A stretch of 64,000 nt of DNA from Alphaproteobacteria bacterium (GTDB lineage Bacteria > Pseudomonadota > Alphaproteobacteria > MPNO01 > UBA830): NCBI GenBank assembly GCA_965221485.1, contig OZ244893.1, forward strand, positions 3,762,641 to 3,826,640, given 5' to 3'. Of the stretch, positions 29,499-39,488 are shown one piece after another. The notes under the pieces are model-generated. The model saw only the letters and a list, made by a program, of their open reading frames with translations. It had not been told where the DNA came from and did no database searches. The position numbers and the translations under genes were made by a program. The number at the start of each line of letters is the position of its first letter. Positions within the stretch are counted from its first letter, which is position 1.

Positions 29499-31084
29499 CA
29501 GGCGGCGTCCTGTTCAGAAAGAGGTTTGTTGCGGGAGAAGAAAATGATCACGATGACTGCCAGCACCATGAAGCTGACGGATATGGGGCTTGAGAACAGA
29601 AACCATGGATCAGCACCTGACGCTGCAAACGCCTGGCGCAAGGCTTCCTCAAGATTGTTTGCGAGTATGAAGGAGATCACAAAGGGCAACACCGAAATCC
29701 CGAACTTTCGCATCAGATATCCCAGGAAGCCAAACACGAGCGTGATCACGATTGCCGCCAGCTCCGGTTGCTGGGCGTAAATGGCCGTCAGGGTCAGCAG
29801 GAGTATGACCGGAAGAAGCCGCTGTTTGGGGATACGCACCAGGACCCCGGTCACGCGCATGAATATACCGCCTATCGTCCAGTTGAGCAGATTGGCAAAT
29901 ACCATCGCGGCGAACAGGCCGAACGCAATCACCATTTCCGGATTGACCTGATCCGGGACAAGCCGGAATACCGATGGCCCGGGATTGAAGCCGCTGATGG
30001 TCTCTGTTGCGAGGATAATGAAAACTGCCGCGATATTGCCCGGAATGCCAAGCGACAGGACGGGAATGAGATTGGCTCCAGATACGGCGCTGTTAGCCGC
30101 TTCGGTGGCTGCCACCCCTTCGGGGGCGCCGCTGCCGAATGGCTCACCGCCCTTGTGGATTCGACGTCCGGTTGCGTAGCCCAGTGTGGCGGCCAGTGTC
30201 GAGCCGATTCCCGGTAGAGCGCCAATCATGGTTCCGATCGATGCCGATACGCCGACGAAAGGCAAGATACGGCGGACATCTCGGAGGCGAAGACTGTTGT
30301 CACCGGAGGCTGCAGGCTGTGTGATGGTAGCGGTGTCACGCAATTCCCGCCACATCGTTTCCATTGCTTCGAAGACTTCCCCGAGAATCAGGACGCCGAG
30401 AACGACACTGATCAGTGGCAAACCGCTCGCAAGGGAGTCAAATCCGAGGGAGAGGCGGGGATAGGAATCCTCGCCGGTTCCGATAAACGCGACAATCATG
30501 CCGAAGAACGCAGCGAGGAGGCCCTTCCAGACCGAACTGCCGACGACGGCCGAGATAAAGGCGAGCGACAACAGGATCAGGGCGGCCTTTTCGGGAAAAC
30601 CGAGATAGGCCTCGACCGTGATGGCGAGAAAAGGCGCACATGTAAAGAGTATGATATCGGAAAAGGTATCTCCGGAAGCCGATGAAAAGTGGGCGACGCG
30701 CAGTGCCTTGCCCGATTGTCCCTTTTGGGTCATCGGGTAGCCGTCGAGAGTTGTCATCAGTGAGTCCGGCGTTCCCGGCGTATTGAACAGGATGGCCGGC
30801 ACAGCACCGCCGATAGTGGCCCCTTTCATGATTCCGATCAGAAAACCGAGAACGGGCAGCAGGGCGTCGGGATTGAAACCGAAAATCGAGATAAGGATGG
30901 GGAGTGAAATGGCCATTGCAAATGGTCCGCCAAGACCTGGCGTGGCGCCAACGACGATTCCGCCAAAAAAACCCAGAGTTACCATGACAAGGGTTGTGGA
31001 AACGGGGAAACCGAAGATCGTCAGAAGTGGTGCCTCGGTCACAACAGCGAGTACACCAAGCCAGACATGATCAAGAATTCCCAT
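29498..31084 (-). CDS. Tripartite tricarboxylate transporter large permease TctA
   Basis: GATPGLG, NTPGTP...TTLDGYPM, EAANSA...LSLGIPG. Confidence 0.93.
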   Translation of the reverse strand: MGILDHVWLGVLAVVTEAPLLTIFGFPVSTTLVMVTLGFFGGIVVGATPGLGGPFAMAISLPILISIFGFNPDALLPVLGFLIGIMKGATIGGAVPAILFNTPGTPDSLMTTLDGYPMTQKGQSGKALRVAHFSSASGDTFSDIILFTCAPFLAITVEAYLGFPEKAALILLSLAFISAVVGSSVWKGLLAAFFGMIVAFIGTGEDSYPRLSLGFDSLASGLPLISVVLGVLILGEVFEAMETMWRELRDTATITQPAASGDNSLRLRDVRRILPFVGVSASIGTMIGALPGIGSTLAATLGYATGRRIHKGGEPFGSGAPEGVAATEAANSAVSGANLIPVLSLGIPGNIAAVFIILATETISGFNPGPSVFRLVPDQVNPEMVIAFGLFAAMVFANLLNWTIGGIFMRVTGVLVRIPKQRLLPVILLLTLTAIYAQQPELAAIVITLVFGFLGYLMRKFGISVLPFVISFILANNLEEALRQAFAASGADPWFLFSSPISVSFMVLAVIVIIFFSRNKPLSEQDAA

Positions 31085-31656
31085 TACTGGTCCCCGTTTG
31101 GGGGAAGCAAGAGATCCTCAAACGGAACATCGTAGAAAATGGTGAGCCCCGCAGCGGCGACCGTGGCCGTTATCACGATGCCGATGGTCAGGCGCTGTTC
31201 GATGATGGCGATCATTCCGGCGATCAGGATGCTGCCACCGGTCAGATAGCCCAGATATTTGTAGGGGACGGTATCCCGCAACTGGCGGTAGTCGCCGATT
31301 TCGCCGCTGATCGCGTTGACGGCTTCGACAACAACGGGTCCCAAATGGAACATCACCACGAGCCCGGCAGCAATGACGAGGCCCATTCGGAAGATGAAAA
31401 TAACGCTCTGGCGATCCAGCGGGGCCTTCGTACCGCACCCGCCTCTGAAGTATTCCGTAAAACCCAGCGCCATGGCTGCGACCAGCAGACCGGCAGCAGC
31501 GGCTGTGGGAGCCATTGCGTCGCCGATAGTGGTCTGGCGGCGGAAGGTCTCGACGACGCCGGTCTCTACATCCCAGGGAATCCAGAGAACCAGGGCCAGA
31601 ATTGCGAAAAACGCGGAGACTCCGGCGAGACCGAGCGCCCAGGTATCTCCGCGCAC
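31084..31656 (-). CDS. Tripartite tricarboxylate transporter small permease (TctB-like)
   Basis: 4-5 TM segments; lies between tctC and tctA, with stop/start overlap to tctA. Confidence 0.75.
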   Translation of the reverse strand: MRGDTWALGLAGVSAFFAILALVLWIPWDVETGVVETFRRQTTIGDAMAPTAAAAGLLVAAMALGFTEYFRGGCGTKAPLDRQSVIFIFRMGLVIAAGLVVMFHLGPVVVEAVNAISGEIGDYRQLRDTVPYKYLGYLTGGSILIAGMIAIIEQRLTIGIVITATVAAAGLTIFYDVPFEDLLLPPNGDQ

Positions 31657-31696
31657 TGGCCGGGCCCGCCAGGGGGATGACGGGACCGGTCTGATG

Positions 31697-32641
31697 TCAG
31701 CTTGCTGCTTCGAGGAGTGCCCTGGAATTCTTGATCGAGTCTGTAATCAGCTGTTCAAGTTCGGCTCCGGAGATCAGCTGAGGGCCACCGAAGGCTCGTT
31801 TTACAAACTGGGCCGCCTTGGTCGATCCGTCGTTAAGAACCTCGGCGATTGCTGATGCGTAGGCCGTCCGTGCCGGATCAGGAATGCCGCGCGGGGCGAC
31901 AAACACGAATTTTGCAGCATTGTCGAACGGGATCCCCAGCTCGTAGAGGTTGGGCACATCAGGTGAAATCCCGAGCCGGCCCTTTTCTGCGGAAACGAGG
32001 TTGACCAGATCACCCGCCTTGACACCGCGGTTCTGGATACCCGCACCCCAACCCACATCAACGTCACCAGCCGTGACTGCATTGACAACGGCTCGGCCGC
32101 CTCGCAGCATTACGGTATTGAACCTTATTCCGAGTTTTTCCCCCATCACATATGTGAGATCGGCAAGCCGCTGGCTCATGGCACCAAGCTTGATGGTTTG
32201 TCCGCCCTGTGCAGCCTTGACGAGATCGTGAATTGATTTCCATCCGCTGCTGGATTTCGCGACCAGACCCATTTGGCTGCCGGCTGTGGTCGTAATGAAG
32301 GTGAAATCCTGTGCCTCATATGTTTTCTTGCGGGCCACAACCACGTTGTAGGCAAAGGTTTCGGTCACCGCGATGCCGATCGTGAGGCCATCATTTGGCT
32401 GTGATTTCAATTTGGCGGCCATGACTGCACCGCCCTTGCCAGTTACGTTTTGCGGAATGATCTTCCAGCCCTTGCGCGCTTCAAGTTCAGTAGCAATCAA
32501 TCTTGCCTGGGTGTCGGCGCCGCCGCCAGCAGTGAAGGCGATCATGAGATTGACGGGGCCGGAGGGTTTCCAGTCTGCAAGAGCCGGCATGCTGAATAGG
32601 GCAAGGGCCGCCACCAGAGCGGGCAGTCGTCTCGGTTTCAC
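31697..32641 (-). CDS. TTT substrate-binding protein (TctC/Bug)
   Basis: Signal peptide, FTAGGGADTQAR, NVTGKGG, PDVP.LYELG. Confidence 0.92.
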   Translation of the reverse strand: MKPRRLPALVAALALFSMPALADWKPSGPVNLMIAFTAGGGADTQARLIATELEARKGWKIIPQNVTGKGGAVMAAKLKSQPNDGLTIGIAVTETFAYNVVVARKKTYEAQDFTFITTTAGSQMGLVAKSSSGWKSIHDLVKAAQGGQTIKLGAMSQRLADLTYVMGEKLGIRFNTVMLRGGRAVVNAVTAGDVDVGWGAGIQNRGVKAGDLVNLVSAEKGRLGISPDVPNLYELGIPFDNAAKFVFVAPRGIPDPARTAYASAIAEVLNDGSTKAAQFVKRAFGGPQLISGAELEQLITDSIKNSRALLEAAS

Positions 32642-32760
32642 CGCAAGTTCCTCCCGGATATTTTCAAACGCGTTGCGTGGTTAACAATATCACTGCGCTT
32701 GGAGGCGGTGCAAACTTGTGAATGGATCAATGACCTGAAGATTGTCTGGGCGCGGTGAGG

Positions 32761-33144
32761 ATGAACGGATCGCTCGTGGCTGGTGCTGCGGGCAAAATTC
32801 CGCGAGCCCGAAGAGGGCAGCGATCTCGCAGAAAGGGCTTCAGTCAAGGGCCGGATGACACGAGAACCTGGAATGCCGCGAGAGCAAACCACGTCGTGGC
32901 GGCCCACGACAACATCGACGGGGCCGTGTTGCTACCCCCGAGATTCGGGGGAATACGATCGATCTGACGACGTGACAGGAGGGTTGTTCCCGCTCTCAAC
33001 CGATCAAGGTCCGGTCGCTTCCGGCAAACCGGACCTCAGTGGTCCGTGCACCCGGTCTGGCGGAACGGGATCCCGGCCGGGGTCTTTCCAATTCCTGAAT
33101 TCTGCCCGATCTGGCCCTTTCGAGCGAAGAAGCGATCCGTTCAT
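32761..33144. mobile_element. 384-bp MITE-like element with 14-bp perfect terminal inverted repeats
   Basis: ATGAACGGATCGCT (32761-32774) / AGCGATCCGTTCAT (33131-33144); several internal hairpins; no credible ORF. Confidence 0.5.
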
Positions 33145-33360
33145 GACCTGCCCGTCCTGCGCCCGTCACGGGTATCCGTCTCAACCCATGATCCTGGAGG
33201 GCCCGGTCCGCAAGGACGTTGCTGGTATTGGACAACTGTGTCCGTATCCGACCCGGGGAAACGCGAGGCCCCGGGAATGGGTCGATCAAAAAATCAGTCT
33301 ACGAGCCCCCTATGTCCGTGCATCGAAGGGTTTCAGTCAGAACATCGGACAAGTAGCATT

Positions 33361-34893
33361 CTAGCCGAAATGATCTGGAAACTCGGTGAGTATGGGACCC
33401 GGGCGAGCGTGAATTCGGTCGGTCAATTCTCGCTGCAGGGCTGCGTGGCCGGGATCGTTGAACAGGTTTGTCATTTCATCCGGATCATTGCCCAGGTCGT
33501 ACATTTCGCCGGCACCGGAAATCAGGTCGAGCGTCAGTTTGGCTGTTGCGGTGCGCACGGTTCGCAGCTGCAGCGTGACGCCGGTACGGCTGGGATGCAG
33601 ATTCCACTCACTATAGGCGACATCACGTTTTTGGAGCCCTTGGATAACAGGGTTCAGGGAACGACTCTGGATATTCTTCGGGATGGGGATAGCGGCGAGA
33701 TCATAAAATGTTGCTGCGAGATCGACTGTGGAAACCGGATCAGCAACGACCCGGCCGGCCGGAATGCCATGCCCACGCATGATCAGCCCCACCCGGAGAA
33801 GCCCCTCATAGGGTGTCGGTCCTTTCAGATACAGACCGTGATCTCCGAGAAGATCTCCGTGGTCTGTTGTGAAAACAACAAGGGTATCGTTTCTGAGGCC
33901 CAGTTCATCGAGGCGCTGCAGAATTCGTCCCACGCCCTCGTCGATGAAGGCGATTTCGCCGAAATAGTTTGCAGTCATTTCCGCAAGCTGACGATCAGTC
34001 TGTGGCTCGATCCGGCTGTATTCACGGCGCAGGATTCTGGATTGTTCGGTCTTTCCGAGAGGTTCGCGCTCAAGGGACGCGCGGTGCCACCATGGACGGC
34101 GGTCAAGGTCGCGCTGATGGGTCCGCGAAATATCCACGTCACTGGCCTGGTGAAGGCGGCTCCATGGTTCGGGACAATCAAACGGATGGTGGGGATCCGG
34201 ATAGGATACCCAGAGACCAAACGGTTGATCGGCGGGTTTGTTATCGAGAAACGCGAGTGTGCGTTCGGTAACCCAGTTTGTGGAATGCCACAGCGCCGGG
34301 AGTTCCGAGAACCAGGTCTGTGCGGCTGATATTTCCGGCCCAAGGTTTCGGGGCCACAACCGCCAGGCTTCGCCGTCTTCCCCGTGTGACCAGAACCAGC
34401 GTTCAAAATGTTGCCCGCGCGGTGGCTTTTCACATGGCAGAAGCTCGTGCCAATGTCCGAGGATCATCAACTCGACGGTTTCAAAGCCCATATAGGGTCC
34501 GGACCAGCTCTCCGGAAAAACTGCGGACCCGGCTCGGCTTTCGGGTGCGCCGTAAGGCGTAGCCGCCGGATTCTCGCCAAAATGGCCCTTGCCTATGAAG
34601 TGGGTGCGGTACCCCGCTGCCGAGAGGTTGCCGGCCCAACCGTGCCCGGCGATCTCCGGGTCAAGACTGACGTGATTGTCATAAGCTCCGTGGCTCAGGG
34701 GCAGCAGCCCGGTCAGGATTGAGGCACGGGCTGGTTGGCAGACCAGATTTGGTGTGATTGCTGCAGAGAACCGGGTGCCCTCCGCGGCCATGCGGTCGAG
34801 CCAAGGTGTCCGGATATGACGCCCTTCGAAACCGAAACAGTCCCAGCGATGCTGGTCTGATGTGATCAGGAGTATGTTAGGCGCCGGGGACAT
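33361..34893 (-). CDS. Cys-type sulfatase
   Basis: SDQH, CQPARASILTG, GKGH, PDPHHPF, TDHG. Confidence 0.93.
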   Translation of the reverse strand: MSPAPNILLITSDQHRWDCFGFEGRHIRTPWLDRMAAEGTRFSAAITPNLVCQPARASILTGLLPLSHGAYDNHVSLDPEIAGHGWAGNLSAAGYRTHFIGKGHFGENPAATPYGAPESRAGSAVFPESWSGPYMGFETVELMILGHWHELLPCEKPPRGQHFERWFWSHGEDGEAWRLWPRNLGPEISAAQTWFSELPALWHSTNWVTERTLAFLDNKPADQPFGLWVSYPDPHHPFDCPEPWSRLHQASDVDISRTHQRDLDRRPWWHRASLEREPLGKTEQSRILRREYSRIEPQTDRQLAEMTANYFGEIAFIDEGVGRILQRLDELGLRNDTLVVFTTDHGDLLGDHGLYLKGPTPYEGLLRVGLIMRGHGIPAGRVVADPVSTVDLAATFYDLAAIPIPKNIQSRSLNPVIQGLQKRDVAYSEWNLHPSRTGVTLQLRTVRTATAKLTLDLISGAGEMYDLGNDPDEMTNLFNDPGHAALQRELTDRIHARPGPILTEFPDHFG

Positions 34894-35377
34894 GAGCGGG
34901 AGTACCTGCCTGGAAGTTCGTTTTGATCACTTGAGTCTAGTCGACTTCAGTAATCACCATAATGTCAACGGCCATGGTGACGCATCTCAGGCAGTTCATT
35001 GGATCCGGTTCTGTAATGCCGTGGGGTGACGCCTCATGCCGGTTGTACCCATCCGGCCTGGCGGCTGTTGTCTGTTGCCAGAAGCCAGAGCGGTTTGGAG
35101 CGGTGACGGGGCAGGGCACTGGCGCAGGAGAGGCAGAAGAATCAACACGGTGCACCATGCCCTGAGCGCAAAGGCACTTCGGGAGAATCCTCTGTCCGAG
35201 CCGGTCCCAGGGACACCGGAGCCCGACCACTGTTCCCGGCAGAATTCTCGCTTGCAGGCAGCGTGCCCACTGGCCGGTTCGGAGGGACATGGCTCCGTTG
35301 TTGACGCCCCTTCATCAAACGGCTGGAAGCCGAAGACCAGAACAGTCGCCTGGAAACCATGATCACGGTATGAAGAC

Positions 35378-35453
35378 TGGCGTCCCCTAGGGGACTCGAA
35401 CCCCTGTTTTCGGCGTGAGAGGCCGATGTCCTAGGCCACTAGACGAAGGGGAC
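35378..35453 (-). tRNA. tRNA-Glu (CTC)
   Basis: GTCCCCTTCGTCTAGTGGCCTAGGACATCGGC-CTCTCAC-GCCGAAAACAGGGGTTCGAGTCCCCTAGGGGACGCCA; 76 nt cloverleaf with encoded CCA. Confidence 0.97.
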
Positions 35454-35464
35454 GCAGGGATTCC

Positions 35465-35493
35465 ACTATATGTATTGTCGCGACAATCCGCAA
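35465..35493 (-). promoter_or_regulatory. sigma70 promoter of tRNA-Glu
   Basis: Minus strand TTGCGG-N17-TATAGT ending 11 nt before the tRNA. Confidence 0.65.
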
Positions 35494-35702
35494 GCTCTTT
35501 CATCGCTCCCGTATTGCCGATAGGCTGAAGGATCTTCCGCGGAGACACGGCCTCCGGGACAGGTTTCGTGCTTGGGAACCAAATCCATCAGGTTCGTCCT
35601 GCCCGATCCGGCCCGGCGCGGAGCAGAACGCATCTGCGATCGGGCAAAAAAGGGTGTATTCATCCGGCGGCTTGCGAAGTCAGATTGGAAAGGTTTCGGT
35701 CC

Positions 35703-36749
35703 ATGCCTGTCATCGACTCGGATGCCCATGTCATCGAAACCACGGAAACATGGAAATACATTCGTGACCATGAGCGGGACTGTACACCCCTTTCCGTGAC
35801 CCGGGACTGGGGTCCCGACCTTGAAGGGCGTCAGGGAGAAACTCTGCAAGAATTCTGGGTGATTGACGGAGTGCTCCAGAGCAAGATGCTGGCCCTCGGA
35901 GGCGACGCTCCGGAAGCCGCCCGCACGATGGCGGATGTGCCCCTCCGCCTCCGCCACATGGATGAACTCGGAGTTGACATCCAGGTCCTGTACCCCACGG
36001 TGTTCCTGCGGCCGCTCACCCGGAGCCCGGACATCCAGTACAGCCTTTACCGGAGCTACAACAGGTGGCTCGCCGAAATCTGGCGACAGGCACCAGAGCG
36101 CTTGCGCTGGGTTGCGATGCCACCGCTGCTTCAGCCTGGGCGAATGGACAGTGAGCTGCGATTTGCCAGGGACAACGGAGCGGTCGGAATTTTTCTTGCA
36201 GGGCAGGAATGCGACCGGATGCTGTCAGATCCCTGGTTTTTTCCGCTCTACGAGATGGCTCAGGAACTGGATCTGCCCATTTGCCCGCACTCGGCCAGCA
36301 ATTGCTTCACAACCTACGATTTTTTCAGAACCGATCCCGGCTTCAACAAATTCAAGCGCGCCACCATCGGAGCGTTTCATTCGCTTGTCTGGCACAAGGT
36401 TCCGCAGCGCTTTCCCCAATTACGCTGGGGGTTCATGGAGGTGAGTTCGCAATGGATTCCTTATGTCCTCAATGACCTGGAGCTTCGGTTTCGCCGTCGC
36501 GGAGAAGAGTTCCCACGATGGCCGCTCAAGCAGTGGAACATTTGGGTTGCTTGCCAGGTTACAGACGATCTTGACTGGGTTCTCTCCTATGCAGGCGAGG
36601 ATAACCTTGTGATCGGAACAGATTACGGGCATGCCGATACCTCAAGTGAGATTGAGGCCATTCGCTTGCTCGGCCGGGACGGCCGTCTCCCCGAAGCGGT
36701 TGTGCACAAAATTCTGGATGATAATCCACGTGCACTCTACCGACTGTAA
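35703..36749 (+). CDS. Amidohydrolase 2 family protein (ACMSD/decarboxylase-like)
   Basis: VIDSDAHVIE, MDELGVDIQVLYPT, GTDYGH; start ATG 35703. Confidence 0.88.
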   Translation: MPVIDSDAHVIETTETWKYIRDHERDCTPLSVTRDWGPDLEGRQGETLQEFWVIDGVLQSKMLALGGDAPEAARTMADVPLRLRHMDELGVDIQVLYPTVFLRPLTRSPDIQYSLYRSYNRWLAEIWRQAPERLRWVAMPPLLQPGRMDSELRFARDNGAVGIFLAGQECDRMLSDPWFFPLYEMAQELDLPICPHSASNCFTTYDFFRTDPGFNKFKRATIGAFHSLVWHKVPQRFPQLRWGFMEVSSQWIPYVLNDLELRFRRRGEEFPRWPLKQWNIWVACQVTDDLDWVLSYAGEDNLVIGTDYGHADTSSEIEAIRLLGRDGRLPEAVVHKILDDNPRALYRL

Positions 36750-36779
36750 ACGATATGCTGGTTCCGGGTCAGGTCCATT

Positions 36780-37058
36780 TCAGGGGCGTGGATTCAGCTC
36801 CACCAACCCCTCCTGTTTTCCGGTCCGGAGATTGATCAGGAGAATGCGGGATCCGCCGTTCGCCAGCTGCAAGCGAATGGCAATCCGGTCACCTTCCAGT
36901 CGGGTTTCTGCAATCGTGGCGTTCGGTGGCAAGTCGATTGATGTTGGTGGATACGCGTCGCTGCCGCCCATCCTGTCCCCGATCGCGACCAGGAGAACAA
37001 CAATGCCCGTAGCAATCAGGACACCCATCGCGATGACCGAAATCTTGAGAATTTTCAC
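36780..37058 (-). CDS. Small membrane-anchored conserved protein (DUF6476-like)
   Basis: LKISVIAMGVLI single TM plus a short beta domain; divergent from rluD as is usual in alphaproteobacteria. Confidence 0.75.
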   Translation of the reverse strand: MKILKISVIAMGVLIATGIVVLLVAIGDRMGGSDAYPPTSIDLPPNATIAETRLEGDRIAIRLQLANGGSRILLINLRTGKQEGLVELNPRP

Positions 37059-37073
37059 TGTTCACATGTCCGG

Positions 37074-38075
37074 TTGATAATGATCCATCAAGCCGCAGAA
37101 GTTGTGGAATTCGTCGTTTCGTCGGAGTCTGCCGGGGAGCGTGTCGATCGACTGCTGGCCGTTCAAATGTCCAACATGTCCCGTTCGGCACTGAAACGGC
37201 TTATCGAAGACGGTTGCCTGAAATCGCAGGATCGCGGCCGGACGGTAAAGGAGCCGTCTTTTCGCGTCAAGGCAGGTGAGCGTCTCGTTCTCACGATCCC
37301 GCCGCCTGATGACCCCGAGCTAGCTGCGGAAGACATCCCGCTGGTCATTCTCCATGAGGACGAGCACCTGATCGTCGTCAACAAGCCGGCGGGCCTCGTC
37401 GTCCATCCCGCACCGGGGAACCCGCGGGGAACACTGGTCAATGCGTTGATTGCGCATTGCGGAGACAGTCTGAAGGGAATCGGCGGGGTGCGGCGACCGG
37501 GTGTGGTCCATCGGCTCGACAAGGATACCAGCGGCGTTATGGTCGCTGCGAAGACGGCGGCAGCCCATGAGGGTCTTACCGACCAGTTTGCCGCTCGCAG
37601 CATTCATCGGATCTATGCGGCCTATGTCTGGGGCATTCCGTTCCCCCCCACCGGCGAGATTGAGGGACGGATCGGTCGCAGTCGGCGGGATCGGAAAAAA
37701 ATGGCGGTACTCCGCTCCGGTGGACGGGCTGCCTTGACCTGCTACCTGACCAGGTCCGTATTCGGACACAGCGCTGCGCGGCTGGAGTGCCGGCTGGCCA
37801 CGGGGCGCACCCATCAGATTCGGGTTCATCTGGCTCACAGGGGCCATCCCGTCATCGGTGATCCGGTCTATGGCGGCGGGGCCACGCGGGCTCGCAAGCA
37901 AGCGCTTGACTCCTCTGCAAGCGCTCTCGTCACCGAGTTTCCGCGTCAGGCGCTCCATGCCGAGAGCCTCGGCTTCATACACCCGGAGACCGGGCAGGAA
38001 CTGGTCTTCAAATGCGACTTGCCGCCGGATATGCAAGCTCTGGAAGAAAGTCTGCGAGGGACTGGAAATTCCTGA
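37074..38075 (+). CDS. rluD: RluA/RluD family pseudouridine synthase
   Basis: S4 domain, NKPAGLVVHP, HRLDKDTSG, TGRTHQIRVH. Confidence 0.93.
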   Translation: MIMIHQAAEVVEFVVSSESAGERVDRLLAVQMSNMSRSALKRLIEDGCLKSQDRGRTVKEPSFRVKAGERLVLTIPPPDDPELAAEDIPLVILHEDEHLIVVNKPAGLVVHPAPGNPRGTLVNALIAHCGDSLKGIGGVRRPGVVHRLDKDTSGVMVAAKTAAAHEGLTDQFAARSIHRIYAAYVWGIPFPPTGEIEGRIGRSRRDRKKMAVLRSGGRAALTCYLTRSVFGHSAARLECRLATGRTHQIRVHLAHRGHPVIGDPVYGGGATRARKQALDSSASALVTEFPRQALHAESLGFIHPETGQELVFKCDLPPDMQALEESLRGTGNS

Positions 38076-38183
38076 CTGCAATGCCTATCTAAAGGAGCAG
38101 GGCTGGCCGGCCATCAGGAATTGCCGGAAAGGGTTGCAAGTCGTCGCCGGGCAGCTCTGAACCGTAACCATGGCAGGAACGCA

Positions 38184-39080
38184 ATGAGCAATCTTCCCTC
38201 AGTCAGCACCCTCGATCCGGAAAGCAGCCTGTCCCGATATCTCAGCGAAATTCGCAAGTTTCCGGTTCTGGCTCCTGAAGAGGAATACATGCTGGCCAAG
38301 CGTTGGAAGGAGCACGGCGATGCCGAGGCGGCCACACAGCTGGTAACCAGCCACCTCCGACTTGTTGCCAAGATTGCAAGAGGCTACCGCGGTTACGGCC
38401 TGCCACAGGGAGAGATCATCTCCGAGGGCAATGTGGGGCTGATGCAGGCGGTGAAGAGGTTCGAGCCGGAAAAGGGTTTTCGCCTTGCCACCTATGCGAT
38501 GTGGTGGATTCGGGCATCAATACAGGAGTATGTGCTCAGATCCTGGTCCCTGGTGAAGCTCGGTACGACGGCGGCGCAGAAACGGCTCTTCTTCAATATC
38601 CGCAAGCTGAAAGGGGAAATTGGGGCCATCGAAGCTGGTGACCTGAGCCCCGAGAACGTGGAACGGATTGCCCGGCGACTGGATGTGACCGAGGACGATG
38701 TCATCAGCATGAACCGGCGGATGTCCGCACCTGATTCCTCGATCAATGCCCCGATGGGTCCAGACTCGGAAGGGGAATGGCAGGACTGGCTGGTCGATGA
38801 GTCTCCCAGTCAGGAGACGCTTCTGGCGGACCGCCAGGAGCTCGAGGAACGGCTTCGTCTTCTGACGATGGCGATGGGTGGCCTGAACGAACGGGAGCGC
38901 AGGATTATCACCGCGCGCCGACTTCAGGATGACGCTGTGACGCTCGAGGAGTTGAGTCGCGAGTTCGGGATTTCGCGTGAACGGGTGCGGCAGATCGAGG
39001 TCCGGGCGTTTGAAAAGCTCCAACAGGCCATAAGGTCCAAAGTCGAGAAAGAAGCGTTGCCGTCCCGAAACGGGCGCTGA
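38184..39080 (+). CDS. rpoH: RNA polymerase sigma-32 factor
   Basis: GYRGYGLP, RpoH box QKRLFFNIR, SRERVRQIE; start ATG 38184. Confidence 0.96.
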   Translation: MSNLPSVSTLDPESSLSRYLSEIRKFPVLAPEEEYMLAKRWKEHGDAEAATQLVTSHLRLVAKIARGYRGYGLPQGEIISEGNVGLMQAVKRFEPEKGFRLATYAMWWIRASIQEYVLRSWSLVKLGTTAAQKRLFFNIRKLKGEIGAIEAGDLSPENVERIARRLDVTEDDVISMNRRMSAPDSSINAPMGPDSEGEWQDWLVDESPSQETLLADRQELEERLRLLTMAMGGLNERERRIITARRLQDDAVTLEELSREFGISRERVRQIEVRAFEKLQQAIRSKVEKEALPSRNGR

Positions 39081-39460
39081 CAAAGTGATCCTGCGGGCTG
39101 CATGAGCCGGCGCGACGCGGCGTTGCCTTGCTTCGAATGTCCGTCCGGGGTTCAGGAAACGGAGTTGTTCCGCGCCGACAGTTTGCGATTGTCAGGGCCC
39201 AAATGGCGATCCGGGCTGGGCATCCCCGAGGTATCATCCCATTGGTGGCGAAGTACGCCGGCATACACACAGAATGGTACATACCCCTGCAGTGAGCCTT
39301 GCACGCCCGCTCGTCGGCAAAAGAGGTTGTTCCTTCCCGGCATTCTGAATTGCAACATGATCGCTCGTCTCCCACAAGGAAAAAGAGGATTTTCGGACGC
39401 GCATCGCCCGCCATTTCATACCGGTGCGATTATCTCGTGGACGGCAGCTGTTCGCCGATC

Positions 39461-39488
39461 GTCCGTCACACGGCGGACAGGTTTTTTT
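39461..39488 (+). terminator. Rho-independent terminator
   Basis: GTCCGTC-acac-GGCGGAC-agg-TTTTTTT. Confidence 0.6.

Noticed and set aside
22230..35453. att-site duplication of the tRNA-Glu 3' end delimiting an island
   Set aside because: No second copy of TGGCGTCCCCTAGGGG was seen, and there is no integrase.
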